DNA of 63,832 nt, filler included, from Sluysia triapertura (Eukaryota): the NCBI GenBank assembly GCA_046118255.1. It is 5 parts of 5 records of this genome, joined end to end, with 100 filler letters (N's around TTAATTAATTAA, not from the genome) between each part and the next. Parts side by side here need not be neighbours in the genome. Positions count along the whole stretch, not along the records: positions 1 to 13,471 come from JBJNIA010038587.1; positions 13,572 to 25,081 come from JBJNIA010183946.1; positions 25,182 to 36,135 come from JBJNIA010190929.1; 2 more parts are not named here. The stretch is one strand, 5' to 3'. The notes below the pieces were generated by a model. It had not been told where the DNA came from. It worked only from the letters and a program-made list of their open reading frames with translations, and did not search any database. Each line of letters starts with the position of its first letter. The first letter of the stretch is position 1. The position numbers were made by a program, and so were the translations under genes. Below, piece by piece: positions 13,030-25,257 of the stretch.

Positions 13030-13471
13030 AAATTACATCTTGTAATTTATTCACTTTCATAAATAAATTGACTAGATTATCTAATTCTCTATCAAAAGTA
13101 TCAGTATTGGACAAAGATTTTGGATGACAATCTCGACAGGTCAGCGATTTTGGTAAAATTGGTATTGTTTTATCAACTTGAATATGAAAAATTGTATGCA
13201 AAAATGATACGCGACTCATTTATGCACAAATTTTTTAGTGTTTATGAATGGACAGGAAAAATTTTCAATTCTACTTGTGTGCACACATAAATACAACAAA
13301 AAATTTAGTCATTTCTTTGTTTCTGTGTGCGAATAGAAAAATTTATGCGTATATAAATAGGTTCAAAAAGTCATTACGTCAATTTTTACGTTATTCTAAC
13401 AAGCATTAATTACAAGTGTCAAGTTTTAGATGATGAAAGTCATTTAAAATTTAATTAATTGCAGCCAAAAC
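13030..13471 (+). repeat. Dispersed repeat, copy 2 of 3, with a coding remnant on the minus strand
   Basis: Similar to 7917-8171; minus-strand ILPKS...FDRELDNLVNLFMK matches ILPKS...FDTELDNQINSFMK at ~46200-46320. Confidence 0.65.
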
Positions 13472-13571
13472 NNNNNNNNNNNNNNNNNNNNNNNNNNNNN
13501 NNNNNNNNNNNNNNNTTAATTAATTAANNNNNNNNNNNNNNNNNNNNNNNNNNNNNNNNNNNNNNNNNNNN
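13472..13571. other. Artificial contig linker (N44-TTAATTAATTAA-N44); also 25082-25181, 36136-36235, 50251-50350
   Basis: Identical 100-nt blocks with an all-frame-stop 12-mer in the centre. Confidence 0.97.
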
Positions 13572-13619
<48 letters not shown>

Positions 13620-14679
13620 TGTAAGGTCATATTATTTAAAATATAAAATTGATTGGTTTATTAAATGAAAACACTCGCTGCAAAATACTGAATAAAACAC
13701 GAACAACGTAGGTAATCTCGCGGAGGGTAACATAATTTATATCTACTTAATTTATATAACATACATCCAATTTCCGCGGTGCACAGAAAATACACAGAAA
13801 ATCCTCTTTAAATTTATATGGCGTTCTCTCATCGAATCTATAGATTTACATTGTCGTGATAAATTTCATAGCAGATTCATTTAAATCGTGAGAATGGTAC
13901 AGATACTTTAGATTCATAAAACACGCTCACATTTTGCAGGAAACCAAAAAAATCATAAATAAAGCGTTAGAATATGATAGTGAAATGCGATGACAACAAC
14001 AATATGTTAACACTTATATTATTTTACTGTTAGTGAACGTTAATAATTTATTTTATGATGTTATTGCACAAGATTGGAATTTTGACTTTAATTGGCAGTC
14101 TTACGAAAACCATGACACATTTGGTTGAATAAAATATTGCCACAGATATTGAAGATTAATTTTCCCTTCTGATGATACTCTACGGAGAACTAAAAATTAC
14201 AACCAAAATGGAGGATTAAATAGAATCGAATAAAAGCAAGGTGGCGGATAAAAATGATTGCTACAATTGTACTGATGCTAGTTTATATAAGGGTCATCAG
14301 CAATAGAAATCGAAGGAATGTTCTAGAATATCTTGATTTAGGTGCACCTGATTTTATCTTATGAACATGATCAATAAATAAATGACAGTATAATAATGGT
14401 CTTAAAAATAATGAATTTTCATTATCCTTATTAAGTGTTTTTTGAAATAAAAATCTAGAATATTTACAATAAATTTCTAATTGGAAAATCAATGTTTTAT
14501 AATACAAATCATGTCTCATAATTTTTATTCCTTTATTTTATTAAAAAGCCATCGAAATTCGTAACATTACGTTGCAATTTCATTCTTTTTATATTGTATT
14601 ATATTTAACTGAATAATGCATTATTATTAAATCATTAATTATTGAGTAGGGCTGTTCCAGGTGCACCGGTGCAGGAAAA

Positions 14680-16040
14680 TCCTTCAAAGACTCAGCTCTA
14701 ATTCTATGAAATATGGATAAATGTAATTTCTTGGTGAATTACTTTGAATGTAAACAAATCTTTTGTTTACAATTACAATTACAATTATATTATAATAAAC
14801 AAATCTTTAAATGATTGTTCTTAATATTCATAATTTGGTGAATGTTTATAAAAAAAATACTGTTTATTATATTTATTTGGTGTAAAGCTATTGAAAGTGT
14901 ATTTAAATTTACTCAGTAAAAGTTTATTTGAATAATAATTACTAACTTTAATTAATAAAACATATCTATTAAAAATCCTTTAAAAACTACGACAATTCAA
15001 ATTAATTTTATGAAAAATCAAATAATAAAGACTATGTAAAAGGCACTTATTAAAACTGTACACAACATTAAATATATTTTGTATAAAATAAATATGAGAC
15101 GTCAAAACTTTAAGCACAAAATATGTAAAATTCGATGATCATTTTGAAGGTCCGACTTTACGACAATTACAATGAGGATAGTTATTAACTAAAAAGAAAT
15201 AAAAATCAAAAGATCGTACTTAATGTAAAGAACACAATATTTCATTCGCTTCCATATCAATAATTTTCATCTTTGTATTAGAATGAGTTTCAATCCATAT
15301 TGATTTTGTAGACGAAGTTAAAAGTTTCAACTCTTGCAAATCAATGGCTTCACATTTTATTCTAAATTTTATAGTTACTTTCATAAAACAAAGTTTAAAT
15401 TCTCCGTAAACATTAATAAGATAAGTAAACATCACTAAGATAAAAATAATTAGTTATAAAATTTAATGTAGCTAATCTTGAAGTGAGAGTAGTACAATAT
15501 TGACCATTTTCTATTACTACTATGGTTATTTCTAATGTTTCTTTTAGATGTTTCTTTGATGACTCGTTAGGGTGATGTCGATACATTTGAATTCATTTGG
15601 ATCAATTTTCATAATCATCCAGTCTTGATTCATTAAGTAGTACATTACGTAGTAACATCAATTTCATTATGGATCCATTGACATAGACTGGTATTGTTTT
15701 AAATACATATGAATATTGACAATTATCAGCATAACGAAGTAGATGATTAGGAATTTCATCATTGAATCAATTTTTAAATCTTCAAGAATAATATAAGTCT
15801 CGTCATGATAAGGTTTGAGAATAAACATGATTAAAATTAATGGTGAAAAATAAAATACACAATCGCCTTGCAAAAATTATTTGTTAAATTATTGTCACTG
15901 TCTAGTTATTAACATAACTTTAAATAATGTGACTAAAATTGTTGTGTTGTTAAATTTTGATTAACTATAAACCAATTATTCTTGTCGTAGTTAGATTAAA
16001 ATTTGAATGGTTGTGCACAATTTGTTTTTTATCTTTTGAT
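14680..16040 (-). repeat. Outer left arm of a large inverted duplication (partner 22505-24065)
   Basis: e.g. 15469-15510 is the reverse complement of 22925-22966 'aaatggtcaatattgtactact.tc.cttcaagattagctac'. Confidence 0.8.
15220..15690 (-). pseudogene. CTH: Cystathionine gamma-lyase (Cys/Met PLP family) pseudogene fragment, copy 1
   Basis: TKSIWIETHSNTKMKIID (family motif K-x-x-WIETPSNP-x-x-K-x-x-DI); upstream ENGQYCTT; stops and frameshifts. Confidence 0.7.
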
Positions 16041-16176
16041 TGGTGTTTTTTAGTCTCTTTTCACTCTGAAGTTTCTGACTCGCACAACTGCTTAGATAAC
16101 ACTCTATTGTACTTTCTACTGCAACACAATTAAATGAGATGTCAGCAAAATATATTGTCACCACTATCGAAGCGCG

Positions 16177-16410
16177 NNNNNNNNNNNNNNNNNNNNNNNN
16201 NNNNNNNNNNNNNNNNNNNNNNNNNNNNNNNNNNNNNNNNNNNNNNNNNNNNNNNNNNNNNNNNNNNNNNNNNNNNNNNNNNNNNNNNNNNNNNNNNNNN
16301 NNNNNNNNNNNNNNNNNNNNNNNNNNNNNNNNNNNNNNNNNNNNNNNNNNNNNNNNNNNNNNNNNNNNNNNNNNNNNNNNNNNNNNNNNNNNNNNNNNNN
16401 NNNNNNNNNN
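16177..16410. other. Scaffold gap (N run without linker)
   Basis: 234 N. Confidence 0.95.
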
Positions 16411-17294
16411 TTTATTCTAAAACTACTATATAGCAAAAACAATAAACGAATATAAAAATTTTGAATACCTCCAGTTCTGACAAGATTCTTCGAACTTTCT
16501 ACAAAGCTTTTCGAAGTTGTCAGTTCGTATTCTTGAATCATATCTTTGAAAATTTCTTCAATCATTTTCAGAGTTTCATTCTTTGTTCGGCTCTTTTTGA
16601 ATTTGCAAAATGTACATGAACTATTTTTGTTGGCCATTTACATATGGCATCTCGGAATTGATGAAACTTTACTCTGATCTCATTATATCTTTCCTTATAA
16701 TTTTGTATTGGCGCTTGTGCGTAACAAATTCTGCTGTTGTAATTGTTGATTTTGTATTATTGTACCAATTATTCGTAAGTGTTGTCTGAGATGTTAATTC
16801 TGGGTTTGTGATTGGTGTTATAGGTGAAGTGGTAGTGATAATATTATTTGTTTAGTTTATTCTGATAATACCAAAGAAAACAATTTGGATTGGCGATTGA
16901 AGTATCATGATTGGATGTAAGAAAGTGACCAAATATAACATGGTTACGGTTGGTACGAAAAAATGGGTTGATCTGAACATAGGTGCTTTTCCATAATCTG
17001 AATTACTATGTGTACTTTCTTCCAGTGTTACTTCAAGTAGTTCCGTCGAGTTTAGTCTTGATTACTGCTAACAGAAGTCCTAGTTTTCAGTTCTTCTTTT
17101 GATGTCATAATTGATTTCTGATCTTGACATATCGAATAAAATGTTTGTCTGTTGGATGATTATAACGTTGTGATTGAAGTGATGATGATTAGAATGACTC
17201 TACTCTTCTTGTCGTTGATGATGCTTTTGTATATCCTTTTGCCTTCACTTTTATTATCTTGAGTTTGAGTAAAATTGTTCTGATCATGATTATT

Positions 17295-17694
17295 GGTTAC
17301 ACTTGGATGTTCTATATCGCTTGATATTAAAGAAGTTTTGGAATCTGAGTAACAAGAGTATAGTAAATCAGCGGTTAATGAAATATTCGATAATGGTTGA
17401 ATCACATGAGCTTGTTTGATAATCACAAATGAGGCTAGTGAACAAGTAATATATAGACGATGATCTTATCGTTTATTTTTAAAAAAGGAAGAGAAACGAT
17501 AAAAATAAAATTACGAAGGAGTATCGTGAGAGAGTATAAACAAAGTTAAAATAAATTCCATTTAATTTATTTTTAAATTTTAAATACAAATTTAATAATT
17601 TTTTTATGTAATGAATGCTTTGGGTGTTGTAAAAATATGATTTTTAGTGTAGTTTGATGTATTAAAATTTTGTGTAAAAATGTTGGCCACCACA
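17295..17694 (-). mobile_element. Element end starting TGTGGTGGCCAAC; inner left arm (partner 20944-21378)
   Basis: Reverse complement aligns with 20944-21378 over ~400 bp (e.g. 'aatcatatttttacaacacccaaagcattcattacat' identical). Confidence 0.85.
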
Positions 17695-17874
17695 AATGTG
17701 ATGATTTTTGTATTTTTCTTTTTGTCGTTGAAAATATTCGACTGTTCGGGCAGATATTTTAATTAAATTAAAAGATCTTTTATAAAAAATTACATGAAAT
17801 TTATATGTAAATAATAAGTTGATAGTTGATTATAATCCATAATAATTTATATTTTCAAAAGTTTGTATTAAGCG

Positions 17875-19160
17875 TGTAGTGGCCAACCTCAACAACTACT
17901 AAAATTTTATTAAAAACCAATATCTTTTCTTCTCTTTTCATTATACTTTAACAATCACACATCCATACATACTCCTTAAAATCAATCTATATCCTCAACC
18001 TTACAACATCCAAATCACGATTACACCTAACAGTACTAAATTACATTAACTAATTTACAAGAAACATTACTCGACATTCACAATAATCCAACAACAAACA
18101 CATTTGAAACAATCCATTTAATAGTTTCGAACCCTTTATTTTACACTGCACTTTAACAATTAATACCTAATATTTAATAATATTTATTCAATAGCTTATT
18201 TACTTAAACCAAATCACAATCATAAACTCATAACACATAAACCACAATTACATTTAATACCATTTCACAACACTAATAAATCTACTTGAAACGCATAAAA
18301 TACCTACTTCACATCTTCGAATCAATTACAACGTTTCAAATGCACTATTCATCTATGCATAATCATCATCAACACAGTACAACAACACCAAAAACATCAA
18401 ACAAATTAATTACACAAAACATAGCATAATAACATCTCAAATATGCAAAGAGTTGTACTTCACTTGTTCTTTTAGATTCATTAAATTACAACCTTCTTAA
18501 TAAGCCTTTTAACCATAATATTTCAATACATAAATCTGCAATAAATGTAACTTCAATCAATATCGAAGAACTTATTCTAACATTCTGTATTTAATTTCAA
18601 GACTCATATCAATTACTATATCTTCAAAGGTTAATTATATCTACCAATTCTTTGGAAACAATTCTTAGTCAGTAATTTAGTTTCAAATAAATTTTAATCT
18701 ATTTCAACATGCTAAAACTTTTCAAGAATTTAAGCTAAATCGAACACATTTTTAAGAATTCATTTTTATATAATGAAACAACAACGATAACTCGAGTATA
18801 GTACACCCTGTTATCGTTGCTGTTTCACTCAGTTTTGTCAATTTTTATATTTTATTTTTATTCTTCATATGTAAGAAGAATATAAAAGAAAGAAAAGATC
18901 TTGTTATTTTTAAAAAAACGATTTATGCGTTATTTTCCATTTTATTAATAATAATAATAACAATATTGTTATTGCTACCACCACCAGTGTTGACACTACT
19001 CATCACAATTTTCATTAGCGTGTCAACACTGATGATGGCCAATCATCGGTATTGGCTGTTTTTGTCAATAAAATATTTACTTCTGCCTTTCATCCATCAG
19101 GTGGAATCTCATTAATTTTATATCACAGGTCCTGATTGGATGACCAACTACTGTACTGAT
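17875..19160 (+). mobile_element. TGTAGTGGCCAAC-initiated leader (~1.1 kb) plus hairpin module, copy B
   Basis: 18503-19160 matches 1-880; 17875-18590 resembles 24590-25081; module at 18977-19143. Confidence 0.8.
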
Positions 19161-19176
19161 ACTAAAATTAATTTTT

Positions 19177-19605
19177 ATGAACTCAAAAATAATTATTAAT
19201 TTTTTATTTGAGACGACGGAATTAGTTTCTTGCGGGATGGTCGAAGCTCATAACGTTATATTACTAAATGTCGACGTATCGTATGATATCAAATCCAATA
19301 TTCAAAATTTTTATGAAGAAATTGAAAGTGATGGATTCGAATACATTAGAGATGTTAAAAAATTTATTACCGCATTTGATGATCCGAATCAATTGTTCTA
19401 TCTCATTAATCGCACTTTAGATTCAGTTTGTAGTTATTACTTCATTTCCTTATCAGAGTCTCTTATGATAATCAAGAGTGATCATGTTAAGACTTATTCG
19501 TATAAATTAGTAGATGCTATCATGATTGAGTTAATAGCTCAACTAGCTGATGACGTGAATTTCAACTTGGATCTGACTAATCATGGTTTTACTGCATCAA
19601 ATTAA
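19177..19605 (+). CDS. Orphan ORF 1 of cassette B (142 aa); may join 19611-19913 through a frameshift
   Basis: ATG ~30 nt after the inverted CCAAT pair; protein-like composition. Confidence 0.55.
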   Translation: MNSKIIINFLFETTELVSCGMVEAHNVILLNVDVSYDIKSNIQNFYEEIESDGFEYIRDVKKFITAFDDPNQLFYLINRTLDSVCSYYFISLSESLMIIKSDHVKTYSYKLVDAIMIELIAQLADDVNFNLDLTNHGFTASN

Positions 19606-19610
19606 AGGAT

Positions 19611-19913
19611 TTGTGTGATTATAAAAATGACTATGAAATTGTCGAATTAAGAGATGCACGAGCTCAATTAAGTATGAAATTAAAAGGATTACAAGTTAAA
19701 AATGATGTATTGCAAGAATCTTTGAAAAATGTGCAAAAACCAGATACTGCTCTTTCACAAGCTAGAGAAGGTTTGAAAAATGCTAAGGTTGATCATATTT
19801 TAAATTATTCATCAACAATACGTCAAGTAATGGGAATTACGCGTAATTCAGTTATGTTACAAAATTTAATGCGCATTAGTGACAGATTGTCAATAAATGA
19901 AGAAAGATTCTAA
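19611..19913 (+). CDS. Orphan coiled-coil-like ORF of cassette B
   Basis: ELRDARAQLSMKLKGLQVKNDVLQESLKNV is heptad-like; TTG start, so more likely a frameshifted continuation of the ORF before it. Confidence 0.5.
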   Translation: MCDYKNDYEIVELRDARAQLSMKLKGLQVKNDVLQESLKNVQKPDTALSQAREGLKNAKVDHILNYSSTIRQVMGITRNSVMLQNLMRISDRLSINEERF

Positions 19914-19919
19914 GTCCTT

Positions 19920-20391
19920 ATGAGTCACCGTTATCGACCTTATCGACATAATCATAATTCATTAATGGAGTCTATTACTAGGTTAAATACTTTTGCAGAA
20001 CTAGTAAATCTTACACGTAACAGTTCAGAATCATCAAATGATAGTTCTCAAAATAACGAGTCATTGTCAGATACTTGGCAAACTTCAAGTAATAACAGAA
20101 ATACAAATATTATTGATCCTACAAGTATGTCTATCAACATGTCTTACACAAATACGTTGCCGATAATCTTAAAAATCAACACAGATATTTATATGCGAAC
20201 CAATGTCTTCAAAACCAAAAGATCATGTGCTACAAAAGAGAGACCGACAAAGGCAAAGCTTTTACAGAACATTACAGATAGTAAAATTTTATTTTATTTA
20301 TCATAATTACTACCTTGATATTATATTTTTTTTAGAATTTGATTCCAGCATGAGACTCGATGACATACTGACAGATGCAGCAAAAAGATGA
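19920..20391 (+). CDS. Orphan ORF starting MSHRYRPY, Ser/Asn-rich, with a probable 55-nt intron at 20281-20335
   Basis: ATG 6 nt after the previous stop; gtaaaa...tttttttag intron joins ...LLQNITD-KFDSSMRLDDILTDAAKR*. Confidence 0.5.
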
Positions 20392-20776
20392 ACAAAATTT
20401 AAATAAAACTCTGAAACTTATTAACCATATTTTTACAATGTTCTACAATTTAATAAATAATATTTTTTGTGTATTTAGTGAATTTTTGATTAATAAAGAT
20501 TCATATAATAACTTAAAAATCAAGTTAGATAAAATAAAAAGTAAATTAATAGTTTATACTACCTTTAATAACCAAATTGTTAAGTTTAGGTATTGTAATT
20601 TAATGAAAGATATCAAAGTATTACCACTCGGACACTGTAATTTAAACTTAATACTATTACGATATAAAAAGATAATATTTGAAACTTTGAAATTTTCCTT
20701 TTCATGTGAAAACAACAATCTTTTAAATCCGTATTCATCATACAAAAACATCAACTCCCCAAAAAGTGAACAATAA
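20375..20776 (+). CDS. Possible further orphan ORF/exons of cassette B
   Basis: 133-codon open frame, very AT-rich, may include intron sequence. Confidence 0.3.
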   Translation: MQQKDEQNLNKTLKLINHIFTMFYNLINNIFCVFSEFLINKDSYNNLKIKLDKIKSKLIVYTTFNNQIVKFRYCNLMKDIKVLPLGHCNLNLILLRYKKIIFETLKFSFSCENNNLLNPYSSYKNINSPKSEQ

Positions 20777-20943
20777 CATACTAAAACATTAGCTGACATA
20801 AGGTGGATGTAAATTATTAAATTATATGGTTAGAATAATACAAAATGAAATTAATAAATTCAGGAAAATACGTATATTAAGTTAATGTAAGTTCAAATTA
20901 ACTATATAATGAAAGCAATTAACAATAGAATTAACAATAGAAT

Positions 20944-21378
20944 TGTGGTGGCCAACATCTTTACAGAAAATTTCAATACATCACATTACACTAAAAATCA
21001 TATTTTTACAACACCCAAAGCATTCATTACATCAAAAATCATTAAATTTGTATTTAAAATTTAAAAAATAACAATAAACTAAATGGAATTTATTTTAACA
21101 CCTTTAACTTTGCTGCTCATACTCTCTCACGACACTCCTTCATAATTTTTATCTTTCCTTCTCTTCCTCCCCTAACAACAATTTAGAAGATCGACAACCG
21201 CATATTACATAATCACTCATGTTACGTACTCTTTCAAATATTTCTGATTATCAAACAAGCCAACGCGCTTCAACCATTATCGAATATTTTATTAACCGGT
21301 GATTTACTATGTTGCTTTTACTCAGATTCATAACTTCTTTAATATCAAGCGATATAGAACATCTAAGCTTAGCCAATT
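20944..21378 (+). mobile_element. Element end starting TGTGGTGGCCAAC; inner right arm
   Basis: Inverted copy of 17295-17694. Confidence 0.85.
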
Positions 21379-21544
21379 AAATCCACGAAATTCAAATGTA
21401 AAGAAACTGTTATTAGATAAGACGAATAACATGTGACCTTAAGAAAGAAGACATAAATATAAACGCGATAAAGAATGATTTCTATGTTGTAACAGAAATA
21501 AATAATTCTTCTATCATTGAAGCAATTCGGTATTACTTCATTGA

Positions 21545-21720
21545 AATTGCTTTCGAAATTAGATTCCGAGAAAGGTAGCTTCAGTTTACTATTTCCAGCC
21601 TTGGAAAAATTAAACGTTTCAAATAATGAAATCAGTAATGAACGTGTTTTAATTCTTGCTATTCCGTGGATGAAACTTATGCATCTTCAATTATACAATA
21701 ATCCAATAATCCTTCATTAA
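21545..21720 (+). pseudogene. Leucine-rich-repeat exon fragment, XRRA1-like
   Basis: FPALEKLNVSNNEISNERVLILAIPWMKLMHLQLYNNPII holds two LRRs and resembles the XRRA1 LRR region as recalled. Confidence 0.55.
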
Positions 21721-22504
21721 AGCTCTTTTAGAAAATACTTTCAAAATTCAAATGTCTACTGCTCAGAAACCTGTTAAAATGAATTTAAACTCAATTAATA
21801 GATAATAAAAGCACTTGATAATAAGCATAATTTATTCAAAAAAATAATTTAGTCGCTGAAAATTCTTTAGTTAGTGAAATTCCAAAACAAAAGGCAGTAG
21901 TTCAAATTCTACAGGAAACAGATGATAAATCAGGAAAAACATGGCAACGGTGGATTTAATTGATAAATTATCAGACTGATCATGTGATAGAGAAAAAGAT
22001 AATTTAAAATTGACTCGATATACTGCATTGAGAATATTACGATATAAACTAGACCATTCAATTACGTACTTCGAAAGAAACACAAAATTATACTCAATAC
22101 AAAATTCTCTCCAACCAATTAAAGTAATATTATCATTTTTAAATACAAAATTCAGTAGTTTTATTTTGAAACATTTATTAATTTCTGTGAGTTTATACTC
22201 GTTTTGAAAACAGTAGAATTAACTATATTAATTCTCTTTTGACTTCAATTAATTGCAAAATAAAGACAACAAAAACATTATTAGAAGCTTATTGATTATA
22301 GTTAATTTACAGCTATATGATAATAGCAATGATGATGATGGTGATGATGGTAATGTTAGTAATGATTATAATTGTGATTATTGTTATTATTATTGTTAGT
22401 TATTATCATTATTATTGTCATTATTGTGATTGTTATTGTTCTCAATTGTTCTATATTTGAGTTTTTACTGATCAATTTAGTTACTGTCATTAAATAACAG
22501 CTTT

Positions 22505-24065
22505 TTAGTCATCAAAAAATTTATATTAAGTATAATTGTGTGCAACTGTTGAAATTTTAATTTTGATACGATAGAATTATTTTAAGACCATTTTCAATTG
22601 GCTACAATAAATTAATTTAAGTCAATAGAGGGTTGATATTAGTACACAAAAAAATTAACAGCAGAACAATTTTAGTCACAATTCCAATAGCGTTGATCAT
22701 ACTTAAAAATTTTGTTCAATCTCAAAACTTATTATGACAAGACTTTAAAAATAATTCAAATATGTCGACATTTGACCTATACAGTGTTTATCACCATAAC
22801 GATCATGATGATACAGGACGAACAATAATAACACCAATTTCATTATTTACAACTTTTAAAATAGAATCAACAAATGAACCTATTCAAGTGATGATAATTA
22901 TAATGGAGAAACGCTAGAAGCTGAAAATGGTCAATATTGTACTACTGTCGCTTCAAGATTAGCTACGTTAATTTCTATAACTAATTTTAATTTTAGTGAT
23001 GAAACTTTATATCTCATTGATGTTTAAGGAGAAATTAAATTTTATTTTTTGAAAGTAACTGAAATTTAGAATAAAATGTGGCTATAGATCTGTAATATTT
23101 AGGATTATTAAAGAAATGTTCAACTTCATGTACTAAAATGATATGGATTAAAAATCCATCTAATCCCATCATGAAAATATTTGATATTGAAAAAGATATA
23201 AAAATTGACAAAAGTTTTGATAAGAATATTATTGTTGTAATTGATAATACATTTATGTCACTAGTTTGTCGATATCTTGTAAACCTTGTTTCTTATGTAA
23301 CAATGCATTCATTAACAAAAGATGTTAAAATTAACAAAAGTTTTGATAACAATATAATTGTTGTAATAGATAATACATTTGTATCACCAGTTATTCAACA
23401 ATCTTTAAATCACGGTGCTTATGTGGCAACACATTTATTAACAAAATATTAACAATATTTACAAATGTAACCTACGAACATCAAGATGATATAATCGACA
23501 CTAGTGGCTGTTTAATTATTATTTGGGCACAATCCAATACACCTATTACCATAACAACGTTATGTAAATCGAGTTTCAACTTCATAGACAAAGAAATATT
23601 TTATCTGTTATTGCAAGTACGGTATTTTAATTTTTATTCTCATTTCTTTTTAGTCGATGTATATATTCTTATATTAATCTATTTAAAGTCTTGCCTACAA
23701 CATGTTCAGTGATGTTCCAATATTTTATGTTTAATAAACTAGTATCTTCTACTTGTTTAATATTAATATATTTAATGTACATTTCGAATAAATGGCCTTT
23801 AAATTATTTTTGTTATTCATTTTTTAATAAATTTATTTTGAATTTAAAAATTTATAAAAGAAATTTCAATTAGTGTATGTTCATAATTAACACTAATAAT
23901 TTTACTTTAATAACTTTATTTCAATAATCATACACCAAATAAATCAAATAAATTTAACTAATCTTTATTCAAAAATAAAACACCAAATTTACAATAAGAG
24001 TTAATCTTATTGCTTGTGTAATTGGATTTTACAATAGATTTTGAGATAGTTATGAGGATTTTTCT
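22505..24065 (+). repeat. Outer right arm of the inverted duplication
   Basis: Reverse-complement similarity to 14680-16040. Confidence 0.8.
22810..23452 (+). pseudogene. CTH: Cystathionine gamma-lyase pseudogene fragment, copy 2, with an internal ~126-bp tandem duplication
   Basis: GRTIITPISLFTTFK; EAENGQYCTTVASRLA; MIWIKNPSNP; IVVIDNTF(M/V)S...H(S/L)LTK present twice (PLP-lysine motif SxTK). Confidence 0.85.
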
Positions 24066-24589
24066 TTACCTTAAAGAAGAGTGAACCTGTCGTAAAAAGT
24101 TACGGAATTAATATAAGTTATTGCAGGATCGAAGAGAATAGTAATACAAAAAATAATTTGTTTTCCAAGCTTTCAATGAATCCGTGATTTTTTTCACGAA
24201 GATTCTAGTTATACTAATTTATTAGTTACAGATGTATTTATCTACATAATTTATTGGTCATAAATTGTGTTTATTTCACATGAATTAACATTCGCAATGT
24301 AATATTAATTTGTAATATTGTGAGAATTTTTTAATGCAAATAATATAGTTACATTGAGGTATTAGTAAGTCCTCCGTGACACCGGGCTTACGCATTTAAA
24401 GAAAATGCAAGTAATTGAGGTATAAAAGAATATATAATCTCAAGTGTATTTTGCTCTAAAGTTATTTTCTTGCTGGTAATGTTACTTTTTTAATAAGATT
24501 TAAATCAAATTGTAGTCGAAGCTAATTTAGTATTTTATGGTTAATTTTTTAATCCTTAAATGGAAGAGTTAATATATACTGTTGAATTC

Positions 24590-25081
24590 TGTGGTGATCA
24601 ACCCTTAACATGATTAAAATTCGATAAAAATAACTCTTAACATTCTAATATTCACACACTATTTTATTCACAATCTTATAACTTACACTTCACACTTAAT
24701 CAAATACCACCAATTTACACCAACAAATCCGTCAAAAATACATTACTCGATATTCATAATAATCAAACAACAACTAGATTCGAAATTATCTACTCGATAC
24801 TTTCGAGTCAATTATAACACATTAAATCCATCATTTTTCATTACGTAACCACTAACAATACAAAAGACAATAACACTTAAAACAACAAGAAAACAAATCA
24901 TATATAACATTACACTATAACCTTTCAAATATACTATAATTATAATTCATTATAATTCATCTTGTCGCACTTACTAAACCACACTCTTCTCAGTGTATTT
25001 TTTCTTCGCAATCTCTCAATGTTTAAATGTCGTTTTCAGTCAAAAACATTAGTTATCATCTAGAAATTCACTCTAACATTC
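24590..25081 (+). mobile_element. Another leader copy (TGTGGTGATCAAC...), cut off by the scaffold end
   Basis: 'cattactcgatattcataataatcaaacaac' vs 'cattactcgacattcacaataatccaacaac' at 18065. Confidence 0.7.
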
Positions 25082-25181
25082 NNNNNNNNNNNNNNNNNNN
25101 NNNNNNNNNNNNNNNNNNNNNNNNNTTAATTAATTAANNNNNNNNNNNNNNNNNNNNNNNNNNNNNNNNNNNNNNNNNNNN

Positions 25182-25257
25182 TATATGGAGGAGGGGGTCG
25201 TTTAAAATTTCCTAAGCTTGAAGGGGGTCGCTATATAAAAAAGTTTAAGAAGCCCTG
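25182..25257 (-). mobile_element. hAT (Charlie-type) transposon terminus
   Basis: Minus strand CAGGGCTTCTTAAACTTTTT...GCGACCCCC; flank AACTAGAA. Confidence 0.65.

Noticed and set aside
16134-16637. ORFs spanning poly-X
   Set aside because: Their length comes from the N gap.
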